Under the pieces are notes generated by a model. The model did no database searches, was not told where the DNA came from, and saw only the letters and a program-made list of their open reading frames with translations. This document shows positions 19,292 to 28,502 of a stretch of DNA of 57,636 bases, in pieces. Every line of letters starts with the position of its first letter. Within the stretch, counting starts at the first letter, position 1. The position numbers and the translations under genes are program-made. The DNA is taken from contig CAZNHE010000011.1 of the NCBI GenBank assembly GCA_964572735.1, positions 1 to 57,636 on the forward strand, in the 5' to 3' direction. The stretch comes from an uncultured Chitinophagales bacterium (GTDB lineage Bacteria; Bacteroidota; Rhodothermia; Balneolales; DATFMH01).

Positions 19292-21841
19292 TCACCCTTC
19301 CAGTCCCTGCAAAAGACGGGTATTTTTCGCTTTCCTGCCGAGGTACCTGTAAATGATCGAGACCGCAAATCCGACTATTATAATAAATACTCCAAGCCAT
19401 ACCAGTGAGATAAACGGCTTTTTCTCGGCAACCACGATAACCCAGTTATCCCCTGCTTTCTGCATCCGGAGCCCCGGACCGTCAACCCGGATCTGTATTT
19501 CATTGGATGCAGGCTTCACTTCCCGGAACTGCATTGCAAAATGCCAGTCGGAAAGTGTTATTGGAGGGGTGTAGGTCATCTTCTCTCCCCCTGAGCTGAT
19601 AATGGCAAACAACGGCTTTTCCGTCTTTACGGAACCGTCGGCGTTGTCTTTGATCGTTATAACAGCTCTCACAGCAACAATAGCGCTGTCGGGTGCAGCT
19701 GCACCTGTCACTTTCTCAAAATTTTTGAACGTAAAGGTATACTTGCCAATCGTTCTGCTGTCGCCCCGGCGAAAAGTCAGATCATGGGGGTCATTCTGAA
19801 TATTTCCAGATGCCGGAGACACGCCCTGAACCACATCAGCTACCGGTTGTACAGCCCCTTCTTCCTTAACACGTTTATTTATGTCCTCCACATAGGAACT
19901 ATTTCCAATATACATATAGATATCCCGGAATAATCCGGGACGTACTTCCGGGCTTGCCGCCCAGTTTATATCTTTTGCTGTGGACGTGGTCAGCAAAGGA
20001 TATACGATCGGATACATGAAAAAACTCCGGCTGGTGTCGTCCGCACTCTGCAGCCGTATCGTATACTTCTGTCCTCCCGGATGATTTGTATCATCCATCT
20101 TCATATTCATGAATGTGGCAATCAGGTTATCGCCGATTCTTTGGGGTTTTCCCTCCTTCAATTCAAAGAAATTGATAGGCTTGACAAGGGGCGTCCCGTC
20201 TTTATCCTTCATCAGTCCTTTTTTTACGGCCTTATTGTAGGCAACCGAATCCGGGGTCAGCAAAGTGGTGTCATAGCCGGAAGAGCTGAGGATGCCGATC
20301 AGCAGCAGGGCAAAACCTACATGAGCCACCATGCCGCCGGTTCGACGGGGATTCGTTCTCAGCATACGCAGAAGCACCGCACCATTGCCGAATACCGAAA
20401 AAAAAGCGGCGAAAAGGTAGATCATATAAGCAGGACTGGTCACCTGTCCCCAGATGATGCTTATCATCGTTGCAGCGGAAGTAATTAAAAGCGGGACCAG
20501 CAAGGCAGACGACAGGCTTTCGGCATTATATTTTCTCCACCAGAGAAATTGTCCCAGTACCGACAGGATCGCAATCAGGATGGCGAAAGGCATCGTCCAG
20601 TCATTATAAAAGCTTTTTGGAGGCGGAGTCGGGTTGGTGACAAAGAACTTGCCCAGAATAGGAGAACTCGTGCCGATCAGAATGACTACGCCGGCCAGGA
20701 GCAGAACAACCGCTCCTGTAAACACCACAAATTCACGGTTGAGAAGCGAGATCCGGAGAGACCGGCCGCCGGTCAGTTCCTTATATCGATACACATACAT
20801 GCTCAATGCGATTGCCGTAATGATGCACATAAATACGAGGAGCTGATTGTAAAGGCCCAGATCGACAAAGCTGTGAACTGAAGAGTTCCCCAGAATACCC
20901 GAGCGGGTCAGGAATGCTTCATACACAACGGCCAGGTATGCCAGGATGGTAAAGAGCAGTGCGCTTTTCCGTGCAGATCCGCTTTTACGCTGGATAAGCA
21001 TCATGTGTATGCCCGCCACTCCGAAAATCCACGGAATAAAGGAGGCGTTTTCGACCGGATCCCAGGCCCAGAAGCCGCCGAATGAGAGGGTCACATAGGC
21101 CCAGTAACCTCCCAGGCAAACGGCCGTAAAGAGACAAAGGTTAGCTGCAAGAGTCCACGGTATGGCCGTATTGAACCATTCATCGTATTTCCGCTTCCAC
21201 AAGGCGGCCATGGCAAAGGAAAAAGGGATGGTCATCATTGCAAAGCCTGAAAAAAGGATGGGCGGATGGATGAGGATGTAGGGGCTTCGCAGCAAATCGT
21301 TTAACCCGGTTCCATCGGCAGGGACGAAATCGGGGTTAGCCCGCAGGAACGGGGCATTGGGCAGGGCTTCGACCAGCGTCCGGAAAGGTGAAGAGCCGAT
21401 GTCCAGTGTGCCGATGCGCAATCCCAGTATCATGGAGAGCAGGCAGGCGGCCGAAAGCGTCATAAAAAACAGCATTGGTGCGCGGTAAGTGCGTGAGGTA
21501 AACCTGGCAACAATGCCGCCAAACAGGATAGTCAGGAAAATCCAAAGCAGGAAACTTCCCTCCTGTCCGCTATAAAAGGCCGAAATCAGGTAACGGGTCG
21601 GAAGGTCTCTGCTGGTATACTCATATACGTAATAATATTGAAACTGATGGTTCAGTATCAGGTACATCAGCAAGGCGCCTGAAAGGAAGACGAGTATCCC
21701 GGAGACAGCAAAAAGGTAATGGCCGGTTCGCTCAAAACGGATCAACGATTCGTTGCGCCCGGCTTTATAGTAACAAAAGAGGGCTCCCACAGCAGCGGCA
21801 AAGGCAACATCAACAAAGATTTTCCCGAAAAGGCCGATCAT
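19292..21841 (-). CDS. ccmF: Cytochrome c biogenesis heme lyase CcmF
   Basis: GQEGSFLLW, GLNDLL, IHPP, WAY...GGFWAWDPVENAS (WWD domain), LTRSG, SVHSF, AHVG; ATG overlaps ccmE stop (TGATG). Confidence 0.93.
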   Translation of the reverse strand: MIGLFGKIFVDVAFAAAVGALFCYYKAGRNESLIRFERTGHYLFAVSGILVFLSGALLMYLILNHQFQYYYVYEYTSRDLPTRYLISAFYSGQEGSFLLWIFLTILFGGIVARFTSRTYRAPMLFFMTLSAACLLSMILGLRIGTLDIGSSPFRTLVEALPNAPFLRANPDFVPADGTGLNDLLRSPYILIHPPILFSGFAMMTIPFSFAMAALWKRKYDEWFNTAIPWTLAANLCLFTAVCLGGYWAYVTLSFGGFWAWDPVENASFIPWIFGVAGIHMMLIQRKSGSARKSALLFTILAYLAVVYEAFLTRSGILGNSSVHSFVDLGLYNQLLVFMCIITAIALSMYVYRYKELTGGRSLRISLLNREFVVFTGAVVLLLAGVVILIGTSSPILGKFFVTNPTPPPKSFYNDWTMPFAILIAILSVLGQFLWWRKYNAESLSSALLVPLLITSAATMISIIWGQVTSPAYMIYLFAAFFSVFGNGAVLLRMLRTNPRRTGGMVAHVGFALLLIGILSSSGYDTTLLTPDSVAYNKAVKKGLMKDKDGTPLVKPINFFELKEGKPQRIGDNLIATFMNMKMDDTNHPGGQKYTIRLQSADDTSRSFFMYPIVYPLLTTSTAKDINWAASPEVRPGLFRDIYMYIGNSSYVEDINKRVKEEGAVQPVADVVQGVSPASGNIQNDPHDLTFRRGDSRTIGKYTFTFKNFEKVTGAAAPDSAIVAVRAVITIKDNADGSVKTEKPLFAIISSGGEKMTYTPPITLSDWHFAMQFREVKPASNEIQIRVDGPGLRMQKAGDNWVIVVAEKKPFISLVWLGVFIIIVGFAVSIIYRYLGRKAKNTRLLQGLEG

Positions 21842-22245
21842 CAGCTTGCGGGTTTGGGGATTTTCAGGGAACTGGCGTCGGCCTGGTATTTTGAGGGGCA
21901 TTTGAGCAGCATGGTCTCCGCATAAAAGACACCGTTCTTCAGTTGCCCGACCACGACCATGCTTTTGGCTTCTTCAAAATTGTTGGGTTTCGGCTTGGAA
22001 TAAATGACCTTGCGCTCATTACCTTCCAGATCCTTCAGATAAAAAATAAATGATTTCGTTTGTGAAGAAAACCGGGCGGGTTTGCTTTTGTCCCAATGCC
22101 CGACCACATGAATATGGGTATCTCCCGGCATATGTTCTGCCTGGGCGAAATTCACATAGGTACTAATGCTGCTGCCGAAATTATAAAACAGCAACGAAGT
22201 GAATCCGATAATCGCAACAACACCGATCAAGACTTTTGGTTTCAT
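21841..22245 (-). CDS. ccmE: Heme chaperone CcmE, CxxxY variant
   Basis: TM anchor, KPNNFE, LLKCPSKY; sits between ccmD and ccmF. Confidence 0.9.
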   Translation of the reverse strand: MKPKVLIGVVAIIGFTSLLFYNFGSSISTYVNFAQAEHMPGDTHIHVVGHWDKSKPARFSSQTKSFIFYLKDLEGNERKVIYSKPKPNNFEEAKSMVVVGQLKNGVFYAETMLLKCPSKYQADASSLKIPKPAS

Positions 22246-22529
22246 AATGTTTCTTCCTTTTCTGCTTCAGGGAAGTCTCTTTCATGCCGCTTCTGTTCCA
22301 GCCGGTTTACTTTGCGGTCGAGCCGTATAATAAAGAAGAGCAAAATCAGCCAGATGATCAGGGTAACACCAAGGACGATAAAAATCAAATCGTGCGAAGC
22401 CATTGCTTGTATGACGGCCGGCGACTGCGACATCTGATCTGCGGCCTTCCATTTGCTGTCTGTTATTTTAGAAAGCGTATCAACGGCTTGCACCGCCCCT
22501 TGTTGTTGAAGAAAGGTGATGATAATCAT
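22242..22529 (-). CDS. ccmD: CcmD-like single-TM protein
   Basis: Single TM followed by RLDRKVNRLE; located between ccmC and ccmE. Confidence 0.7.
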   Translation of the reverse strand: MIIITFLQQQGAVQAVDTLSKITDSKWKAADQMSQSPAVIQAMASHDLIFIVLGVTLIIWLILLFFIIRLDRKVNRLEQKRHERDFPEAEKEETL

Positions 22530-23189
22530 TCAGACGATGGTTTTGGTTATGGATCGCAGTTTCAGATAGCGCAGCATAATGTCGCGGATCCACCATCCAA
22601 GCCCGATGAAGCCGATCACGGCCGGGTAGAAAATCCATCGTATAGACGGATCCGTCATATCGCTGAATGCAGGGTTCCCGGAGGCACCCGGATGCAGGCT
22701 GGGCAACTGGCGCGGGATGATATAGATTAAAAACGGGATGGTGCTGGCAGCGAATACATTATACACAGCCGACATTTTCGCTCTCTTCACCGGGTCGCTG
22801 AATGCCGTGCGGAGAACAAAGTATGCGGCGTAAATCATCAGGGCCATGGCCGACATATTCATCTTCGGCTCCGCAAAAGTCCACCACGTTCCCCAGGTGA
22901 ACCGTGCCCATAACGAGCCGGTCAGCAATCCGCAGATTCCGAAAGTCACTCCTACCGCATTGGCAGAAACAGCCTTCAGATCCATTTCAGGTATCTGATC
23001 ATTCAGGTACCTGATACTGTAAAACAGGCCCACAAGAAAAAGGACCGTCATCGTGAACCACATAGGGATGTGGAAAAAGAAGTTTCGTGCCGATTGATGG
23101 AGGATGGGGATATCGGGTATCGGAATCAGGAAACCAGCAATAATTACGGCCGTAAGCCATACGGCAACGCCATATTTCCAGAATTTCAC
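22530..23189 (-). CDS. ccmC: Heme exporter/WWD protein CcmC
   Basis: RNFFFHIP, TGSLWARFTWGTWW, SLHP; GTG start. Confidence 0.9.
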   Translation of the reverse strand: MKFWKYGVAVWLTAVIIAGFLIPIPDIPILHQSARNFFFHIPMWFTMTVLFLVGLFYSIRYLNDQIPEMDLKAVSANAVGVTFGICGLLTGSLWARFTWGTWWTFAEPKMNMSAMALMIYAAYFVLRTAFSDPVKRAKMSAVYNVFAASTIPFLIYIIPRQLPSLHPGASGNPAFSDMTDPSIRWIFYPAVIGFIGLGWWIRDIMLRYLKLRSITKTIV

Positions 23190-23413
23190 GTTATTTTCTC
23201 TTTATTTTGACTCACCTTTCGTGGCCGGAACAGATAAAGATCAGGTGATTTCATTTCCCGGGATATTATTTCATCCCTGCCTTGTAAGCTCGCAAACCTG
23301 CCTGCGCTTCGACAATGCCCGGGTCTGAAAAATCAGAGAGTCCGGGATTCATTACGAGTTTCATAGCCCGACGCATGCCAGGTTTTTCCCGAAAATGACG
23401 TTTCCGGGCGAAT

Positions 23414-23421
23414 CAAATATA
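23414..23421 (-). promoter_or_regulatory. Possible TAnnTTTG promoter box for the ccm operon
   Basis: TATATTTG on the - strand ~225 nt upstream of ccmC. Confidence 0.35.
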
Positions 23422-23519
23422 CAAAAATTTGGTTGACTTTAGGAAAGAAAGTGCGATCTTTACACGCGTTATACGTCATAACAATGCGGCGTGCATCATC
23501 CCTAAAATGACTCTGTTGA

Positions 23520-24044
23520 ATGGTGGCTGAGCAAGACCAGACATTTAAGCTGCAACCGGACTGGCATTACAATCTGTTGCCTTATCTTATTAGCATTCTT
23601 CTTGTTCCGGTGGGCATCGGTATTATCCTGTTTTTCTATTTCAGATCGCGTATAAGCCATTTACGCTATGTTATCACGAACAACGAAGTTCGCGTCTGCC
23701 GTAAAGATGAAGAAACCTCCATTTCCATCAGACATGTAGAACGTTTCAGCATCACCCGGAACCGGTCTGAACGCCTGAATAATCTGGGTACTCTGGTTAT
23801 CGAGGGGGAAGGAAAACGGCTGAACCTTTTGGGTATCCGGAGCCCGGAAGAGATCCGTCGGATGCTGCAGCAGGCACGGGACGTCTACCGCAGAACGGAT
23901 GAAATCTTCGACAAAGAGCGGGGATGGCATAATGAGTTAAAAACGGGAGGAATCGCGTTTGTCGACGACCTTGTGGGGCTGTGGCAACAGGGACTCCTCA
24001 GCGACGAAGAGTTTGAAAGGGAGAGCCGGAGATTTACGAACTGA
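23520..24044 (+). CDS. Membrane-anchored bacterial PH-domain-like protein with SHOCT-like C-terminus
   Basis: TM hairpin, YVITN..V, NLGTLVI, C-terminal LWQQGLLSDEEFE. Confidence 0.6.
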   Translation: MVAEQDQTFKLQPDWHYNLLPYLISILLVPVGIGIILFFYFRSRISHLRYVITNNEVRVCRKDEETSISIRHVERFSITRNRSERLNNLGTLVIEGEGKRLNLLGIRSPEEIRRMLQQARDVYRRTDEIFDKERGWHNELKTGGIAFVDDLVGLWQQGLLSDEEFERESRRFTN

Positions 24045-24049
24045 ACAGG

Positions 24050-24508
24050 TCAGGCTACCCCGGTACTGCCGAATCCTCCTTCTCCGCGTTCACTTTCTTC
24101 CAGCACTTCCGTTTCCTGCATCGTTACGCGGGTTACCGGGGCAATCACCATCTGTGCAATACGATCTCCGCGGTGGATCTCGAACTCCCGGTCCCCGTGA
24201 TTAATCATGATGATCTTCACCTCCCCGCGATAGTCGGCGTCTATAGTGCCCGGGCTGTTCAGCAAAGTGATGCCTTCCCGGATTGCCAGCCCGCTTCGGG
24301 GCCGTATCTGGGCCTCATAACCCACCGGAAGCTCGATTTTGAGTCCCGTCGGAACAAGCGCCCGGCCTCCCGGCCAGATGATCATCCGTTCCGTGACCGC
24401 AGCGCGGATATCCATTCCCGCGGCATGAGCACTTTCATAGGAAGGAACCGGCAGATCTTTTGCATGGTCGAGACGTAACAGGCGGACAAGCGGGGTATTT
24501 TCAGGCAT
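24050..24508 (-). CDS. dut: dUTP diphosphatase
   Basis: [40 protein letters not shown]. Confidence 0.97.
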   Translation of the reverse strand: MPENTPLVRLLRLDHAKDLPVPSYESAHAAGMDIRAAVTERMIIWPGGRALVPTGLKIELPVGYEAQIRPRSGLAIREGITLLNSPGTIDADYRGEVKIIMINHGDREFEIHRGDRIAQMVIAPVTRVTMQETEVLEESERGEGGFGSTGVA

Positions 24509-24551
24509 AGCTATCTTGGATTAACAGTACCAAATTACAGAAAAATGAGCG

Positions 24552-24569
24552 GCCTCAATATATTGAGGC
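24552..24569. repeat. 18 bp perfect palindrome upstream of dut
   Basis: gcctcaata/tattgaggc. Confidence 0.7.
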
Positions 24570-24592
24570 TGTGCCCACAACGGCAAGCTATC

Positions 24593-24627
24593 AACCTCTC
24601 CAAAAGTTCGAAACTTTTGGAGAGGTT
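24593..24627. repeat. REP-like palindrome, copy 1
   Basis: aacctctccaaaagtt-cga-aacttttggagaggtt, 16 bp perfect stem; core shared with 26384-26416. Confidence 0.85.
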
Positions 24628-24862
24628 TTTAATCTCGTGCTCGTAAAACGTAATAGATTCTCTCCCGGCAACAAAAAGGTGAACCGGAATTTTCAGGAGA
24701 AAGACAGGATGATGAGGATCTGTGGTTTTGTTAATCGACAATCATAACCGGTAGGAAATTGCCGGTTAACAACTAACACCCGACCATTGACAAATGGGAA
24801 CTCACCCAACAACTAACCAACAATCCATTCTTGGCAGGCCCGCTGTCCCCCCCAAAAAAGGC

Positions 24863-24904
24863 TGTCATCCTGATTTATCCGCCCCGGCGGATAAGGAGGA
24901 TCCC
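24863..24904. repeat. Partial TGTCATCCTGA-type repeat containing a TTATCCGCC-cc-GGCGGATAA palindrome
   Basis: tgtcatcctga 24863-24873 (same 11-mer as 54400-54410), then a 9 bp inverted repeat at 24875-24894. Confidence 0.6.
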
Positions 24905-25034
24905 GTCTCCCGCGGCACTGCCCCCTCATCCTTCCCATAAACATCGAAATTTCCCTTGACATTTAGAGTAGGACGGCTAACTTGCTCCGGAACTCCACCA
25001 AATGGAGCCAGGTAATAATACGCAGAGGAGTCTT

Positions 25035-26090
25035 ATGAGAAGACTAATAAGTGTGGGCATTGCGGTTCTTTTCCTGGCGGCCGCCTGCGGGCTGCTGGGC
25101 GGAGGCAGGAACACCCCACCTCCGCCGGGCCGCCGCGATTATACCTGGACCGTGGACACCCTGGCCAACGAGCCGGGCGGGTTTATTTACGATATCTGGG
25201 GGCCCTCGCCGGATGATATCTGGGCCGGATCCCCATCTGGGGTACACCGATTGTGGCACTTTAACGGGAAAAAATGGACCCCATGGCCTCATGCGCAGCA
25301 AATCAGCCCCGGGTTTAATGTTACCTGCCTGTATGGGTTTGCCCGTAATGACGTCTGGGCCGGGAGCGGGACGGGGGAACTCTATCATTTTAACGGGAAG
25401 AAATGGTCGGTGGTCTTTACTTATACCATCAAAGGAATGGGTCAGCCGGACTTTACGGACATCTGGGGTACCTCCTCAGACGATATCTGTGCGATCGGGC
25501 GGGCTTGGCCCGATACCGCCAAGTCCGTGGCCTCCATCAGAGGGTTTCTCTTGCATTACGATGGCCGACACTGGAAAGAGCTGTTGGTGACTGATTTCAG
25601 AGGGCAACTTCAACAGGTTCGTGTAGAACAAGAAAACGTATTCATAATGGGCACCCAACATACGCCCGATACGTATTTGTTGTACCATTATAAAAATGGA
25701 CGACTGGATCAGCTGGCTTCTAATACAAGTAACATAAGAATGGGCAATGTAGGTAGTGAAATTTATTTTACTATGGGAAATAAAGTGAAACTTTATCGGC
25801 GGGGCAATTTTTTTACGGTGATGGCCATTTCGGCAGATCCGGGAACAGTTGTCGGGGCAAACGGGAGAGATAGAAATGACGTGTTTATATATACTTGGGA
25901 GGGAGTCATGCAGTATAACGGGACGAATATACAATACCTTCTCCGTATCCCGAAAGATATGCCCCGTTATCCTTTTCGGGAAATACTATTCAAAAAGGAA
26001 GTCTTCTTTACCGTGTTGGATGCTGACTTTGGAGTAACGAATCTGGTTTACCACGGGATTTTACCAGACACAATAAACAGTAACAATTAA
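25035..26090 (+). CDS. Lipoprotein with repeated IWGxxxxDxW...HxNGxxW units (probable beta-propeller)
   Basis: gaggag RBS before ATG 25035; lipobox LAAAC; PPPPGRRDYTWTVDTL; repeats DIWGPSPDDIWA, LYGFARNDVWA, DIWGTSSDDICA, HFNGKKW x2, HYDGRHW. Confidence 0.8.
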   Translation: MRRLISVGIAVLFLAAACGLLGGGRNTPPPPGRRDYTWTVDTLANEPGGFIYDIWGPSPDDIWAGSPSGVHRLWHFNGKKWTPWPHAQQISPGFNVTCLYGFARNDVWAGSGTGELYHFNGKKWSVVFTYTIKGMGQPDFTDIWGTSSDDICAIGRAWPDTAKSVASIRGFLLHYDGRHWKELLVTDFRGQLQQVRVEQENVFIMGTQHTPDTYLLYHYKNGRLDQLASNTSNIRMGNVGSEIYFTMGNKVKLYRRGNFFTVMAISADPGTVVGANGRDRNDVFIYTWEGVMQYNGTNIQYLLRIPKDMPRYPFREILFKKEVFFTVLDADFGVTNLVYHGILPDTINSNN

Positions 26091-26116
26091 TAAAAGAAGA
26101 AATGCTCTAAAAACAA

Positions 26117-26272
26117 ATGGGCCAGCGGGTGGCCACCCTGGCCGACGGGATCAAAGCCCCGGGCCGCTACTCGGTCCGCTTCGACGGGGCCGCGCTGGCC
26201 AGCGGGGTCTACCTGTACCGGCTGAAGGCGGGCAGTAAGGTGCTGGAGCGAAAAATGCTGCTGATGAAGTAG
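26117..26272 (+). pseudogene. Orphan C-terminal part of a T9SS (Por) type A sorting domain; not in ORF track
   Basis: Translates MGQRVATLADGIKAPGRYSVRFDGAALASGVYLYRLKAGSKVLERKMLLMK*, with typical GQRVATL, LASGVYLYRL and KMLLMK; no cargo or signal peptide upstream. Confidence 0.85.
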
Positions 26273-26292
26273 GGGCGCAAAATTTTGCACCC
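26269..26292 (+). repeat. GTAG-type REP-like palindrome
   Basis: GTAG followed by gggcgcaaaa/ttttgcaccc (one mismatch); overlaps the stop codon of the T9SS fragment. Confidence 0.6.
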
Positions 26293-26339
26293 AATTCCCC
26301 CCCTGTGGTTTCACATTACCGGCTGATGCCTTTGTTTAA

Positions 26340-26372
26340 AACCCTCCAGGGTTTTCGTAAACCCGGAGGGTT
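26340..26372. repeat. REP-like palindrome
   Basis: aaccctcc(a)gggttt-tcgt-aaacccggagggtt. Confidence 0.7.
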
Positions 26373-26383
26373 CGCTATTCCCA

Positions 26384-26416
26384 AACACTCCAAAAGTTCG
26401 AAACTTTTGGAGTGTT
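26384..26416. repeat. REP-like palindrome, copy 2
   Basis: aacactccaaaagtt-cga-aacttttggagtgtt; 25 nt core ctccaaaagttcgaaacttttggag identical to copy 1. Confidence 0.85.
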
Positions 26417-26421
26417 CTTGT

Positions 26422-27261
26422 TTAATTATGCGGCGAAATACTATAGGATTCCAGCCTTACTTTCACGTTGCCCAGCCAGACGCGCGCGTTTCCCCCGACC
26501 GGCACACGCAAGGAATCGGCTGTAAACCAGACCGTAAAATCTCCATGGAACCCAAACGGGCCGTCAAAACCGGTGTAGGCTTTGCATTTATAGACGCTGA
26601 CCGGATCATCTCCAAAGTAATCTATCTGCATTTTATCTATAGAATCACTGTTTTTCACCCGGATGGAATCTCTTTTCTGATTGATATAGATCGGGATGGT
26701 TTCGTTCTCTTTCGTACCGGCGTAAATCCTGAGGTAATAGAACAGCGACGGCCCGCATATCGACGGCTGATGCAGGGGCAGAGTGTCTCCGGCAATTAGC
26801 GGACCGCCCCTTTTCTCACGTTTAAAACTGTACACTTTACCTTCGTCATATCTGAGCTTATAGAGCGTCGCAAAATGGATATGGTCGTCCACATCATCGT
26901 TCCAATAAAGCACCTCGTAAGGAACGGTGTCATTTTTAGCTATCAGGCTGTAAAATTTCTCCTCCTTATTTCCAACAAAAGGGATGGATGGATTGCTCTT
27001 GATGATGGCTCTGAGGAAGTGGTAGGACGTGCCGCGATAGGTCGTGTCCGGCAGGAGATCGACCGTCAGCCAGGCTACGGTAAAAAAACCGTACCTGATT
27101 TTATAAACCAGATGTTCACGGACATTCCACAATTGCTGTATTGTCGGCGGACCGCCGCCTGCTTTGCCCGGAGAACGGCTCCCCCCGGAAGGAAGATCGT
27201 GATGTGCCGGTCCGGTGTAGATGAATAGCATCAAAAAACCGGCCAGCAGGCTTTTTTTCAT
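26422..27261 (-). CDS. DUF3108-like exported protein
   Basis: Signal peptide; EHLVYKIRYGFF, LFYYLR, VWFTADSLRVPV, LGNVKVRL pattern. Confidence 0.7.
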   Translation of the reverse strand: MKKSLLAGFLMLFIYTGPAHHDLPSGGSRSPGKAGGGPPTIQQLWNVREHLVYKIRYGFFTVAWLTVDLLPDTTYRGTSYHFLRAIIKSNPSIPFVGNKEEKFYSLIAKNDTVPYEVLYWNDDVDDHIHFATLYKLRYDEGKVYSFKREKRGGPLIAGDTLPLHQPSICGPSLFYYLRIYAGTKENETIPIYINQKRDSIRVKNSDSIDKMQIDYFGDDPVSVYKCKAYTGFDGPFGFHGDFTVWFTADSLRVPVGGNARVWLGNVKVRLESYSISPHN

Positions 27262-27629
27262 TGATTACTCCCAGTCCCGTTCAGCACAAAGCTGCCGTAG
27301 GCATCCTCATCAAATCCGACCAGTACCGCCTCGCCGCCGCGGATCAATACCGGCCGCTTAATCATCGTCTGATGTTCCAGTAACTGCTCTTTAAGCTGAT
27401 CGTCGGTAAGATCCTTATCCGAAAGCCCCAGTCGTTTCCAGGTCATTCCCCGGCGATTAACCAGCGGATCAAGTCCGACCAGGCGGATCAGTTCGTCCAG
27501 TTCATCCGGCATCAGCGGTTCCTTTTTGACATCACGAAACGTATAGGCAACCTCATGTTCTCTCAGCCAGGTGAAGGCTTTCTTCATTGTGTTACAATTT
27601 TTGATCCCACAAATAGTAAACATGATCAT
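27258..27629 (-). CDS. ArsC/Spx family protein (YffB-like)
   Basis: GIKNCNTMKKA, LVNRRGMTW, MIKRPVL, VGFD. Confidence 0.9.
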   Translation of the reverse strand: MIMFTICGIKNCNTMKKAFTWLREHEVAYTFRDVKKEPLMPDELDELIRLVGLDPLVNRRGMTWKRLGLSDKDLTDDQLKEQLLEHQTMIKRPVLIRGGEAVLVGFDEDAYGSFVLNGTGSNQ

Positions 27630-27927
27630 TTGCTTTGGTGAATGACGAAAAGTGCTGAAAAAAATTCCTTTGCCGGTTTCCCCGTTCCATAATCATCCTG
27701 AGGGCCGACCTCCGCAATGCACTGGAGTCGCTTCCCTCATCTTATGAAGACAGGCAACGGAACCGTGCCTTGTAAATTTGATAAGAAGAAAAGATAAGGA
27801 ACCCCGGTGTCTGATTAAAAAGGTTAGCAAATTCTCAGGCTTTCTATTATCCCGAACGCCCCCGGCCGGTATAAGCCTTCATAACAGGACAATATTTCTT
27901 ATCTGAATGCTTTTTCCATAATTTGGC

Positions 27928-28473
27928 ATGGTATATTCTTCAGAACAACTATTTTCGAATTTCATGATTTGCCGCCGCCTCTGTTTATCCTTTCTGATTG
28001 CCTTCGCCGGAGTGGTAATTTCGGGTTGCAACAGCAACAATGCCGATCAGGATGATTTCATAAAGGAATCGCTTCGTGTTCCTGTCGGGTACACACACAC
28101 CAATGCACAGGGAACTGTCGCGAAAGACGGAAAGGATCCGGACGACTGGCGCATCAGTCCCATGTATCAGGGGCTGGTCTATATTCAGCATCCGGCTTTT
28201 CCCAATCCGGTCCAGACCGAGAACGTTCAGTTAGAATTGCTGGTTACCGGAATTCAGGCTGTAAACGGGATGTACTTATTCAAGCGATCGGCTAACGGGA
28301 CCTTCGTCCTGCTGGCTTCTCAAACACAGTCAACAGGCGTGTTTGTATTTCGTTTTGATCCCGTCCGCCTCTCGGAGAACGGCACCTACGCCGGAGCAAA
28401 AGGGCTCCACCGGGTGTTCGTCTACGACGGCAGCAACAACCTGGTCACTTACGGCGATATTAAAGTCAACTAA
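27928..28473 (+). CDS. Hypothetical lipoprotein (start may be ATG 27964)
   Basis: Hydrophobic segment ending in ISGC; DPDDWRISP, AFPNP. Confidence 0.7.
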   Translation: MVYSSEQLFSNFMICRRLCLSFLIAFAGVVISGCNSNNADQDDFIKESLRVPVGYTHTNAQGTVAKDGKDPDDWRISPMYQGLVYIQHPAFPNPVQTENVQLELLVTGIQAVNGMYLFKRSANGTFVLLASQTQSTGVFVFRFDPVRLSENGTYAGAKGLHRVFVYDGSNNLVTYGDIKVN

Positions 28474-28502
28474 CATTTTTACACGATCCGGGAGAGTTTA
28501 TT

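Noticed and set aside
26087-26314. 75 aa - strand ORF
   Set aside because: Antisense shadow of the T9SS C-terminal domain fragment on the + strand
24593-26416. Palindromic repeats as a CRISPR array
   Set aside because: Only two copies 1.8 kb apart, no regular spacers, no cas genes
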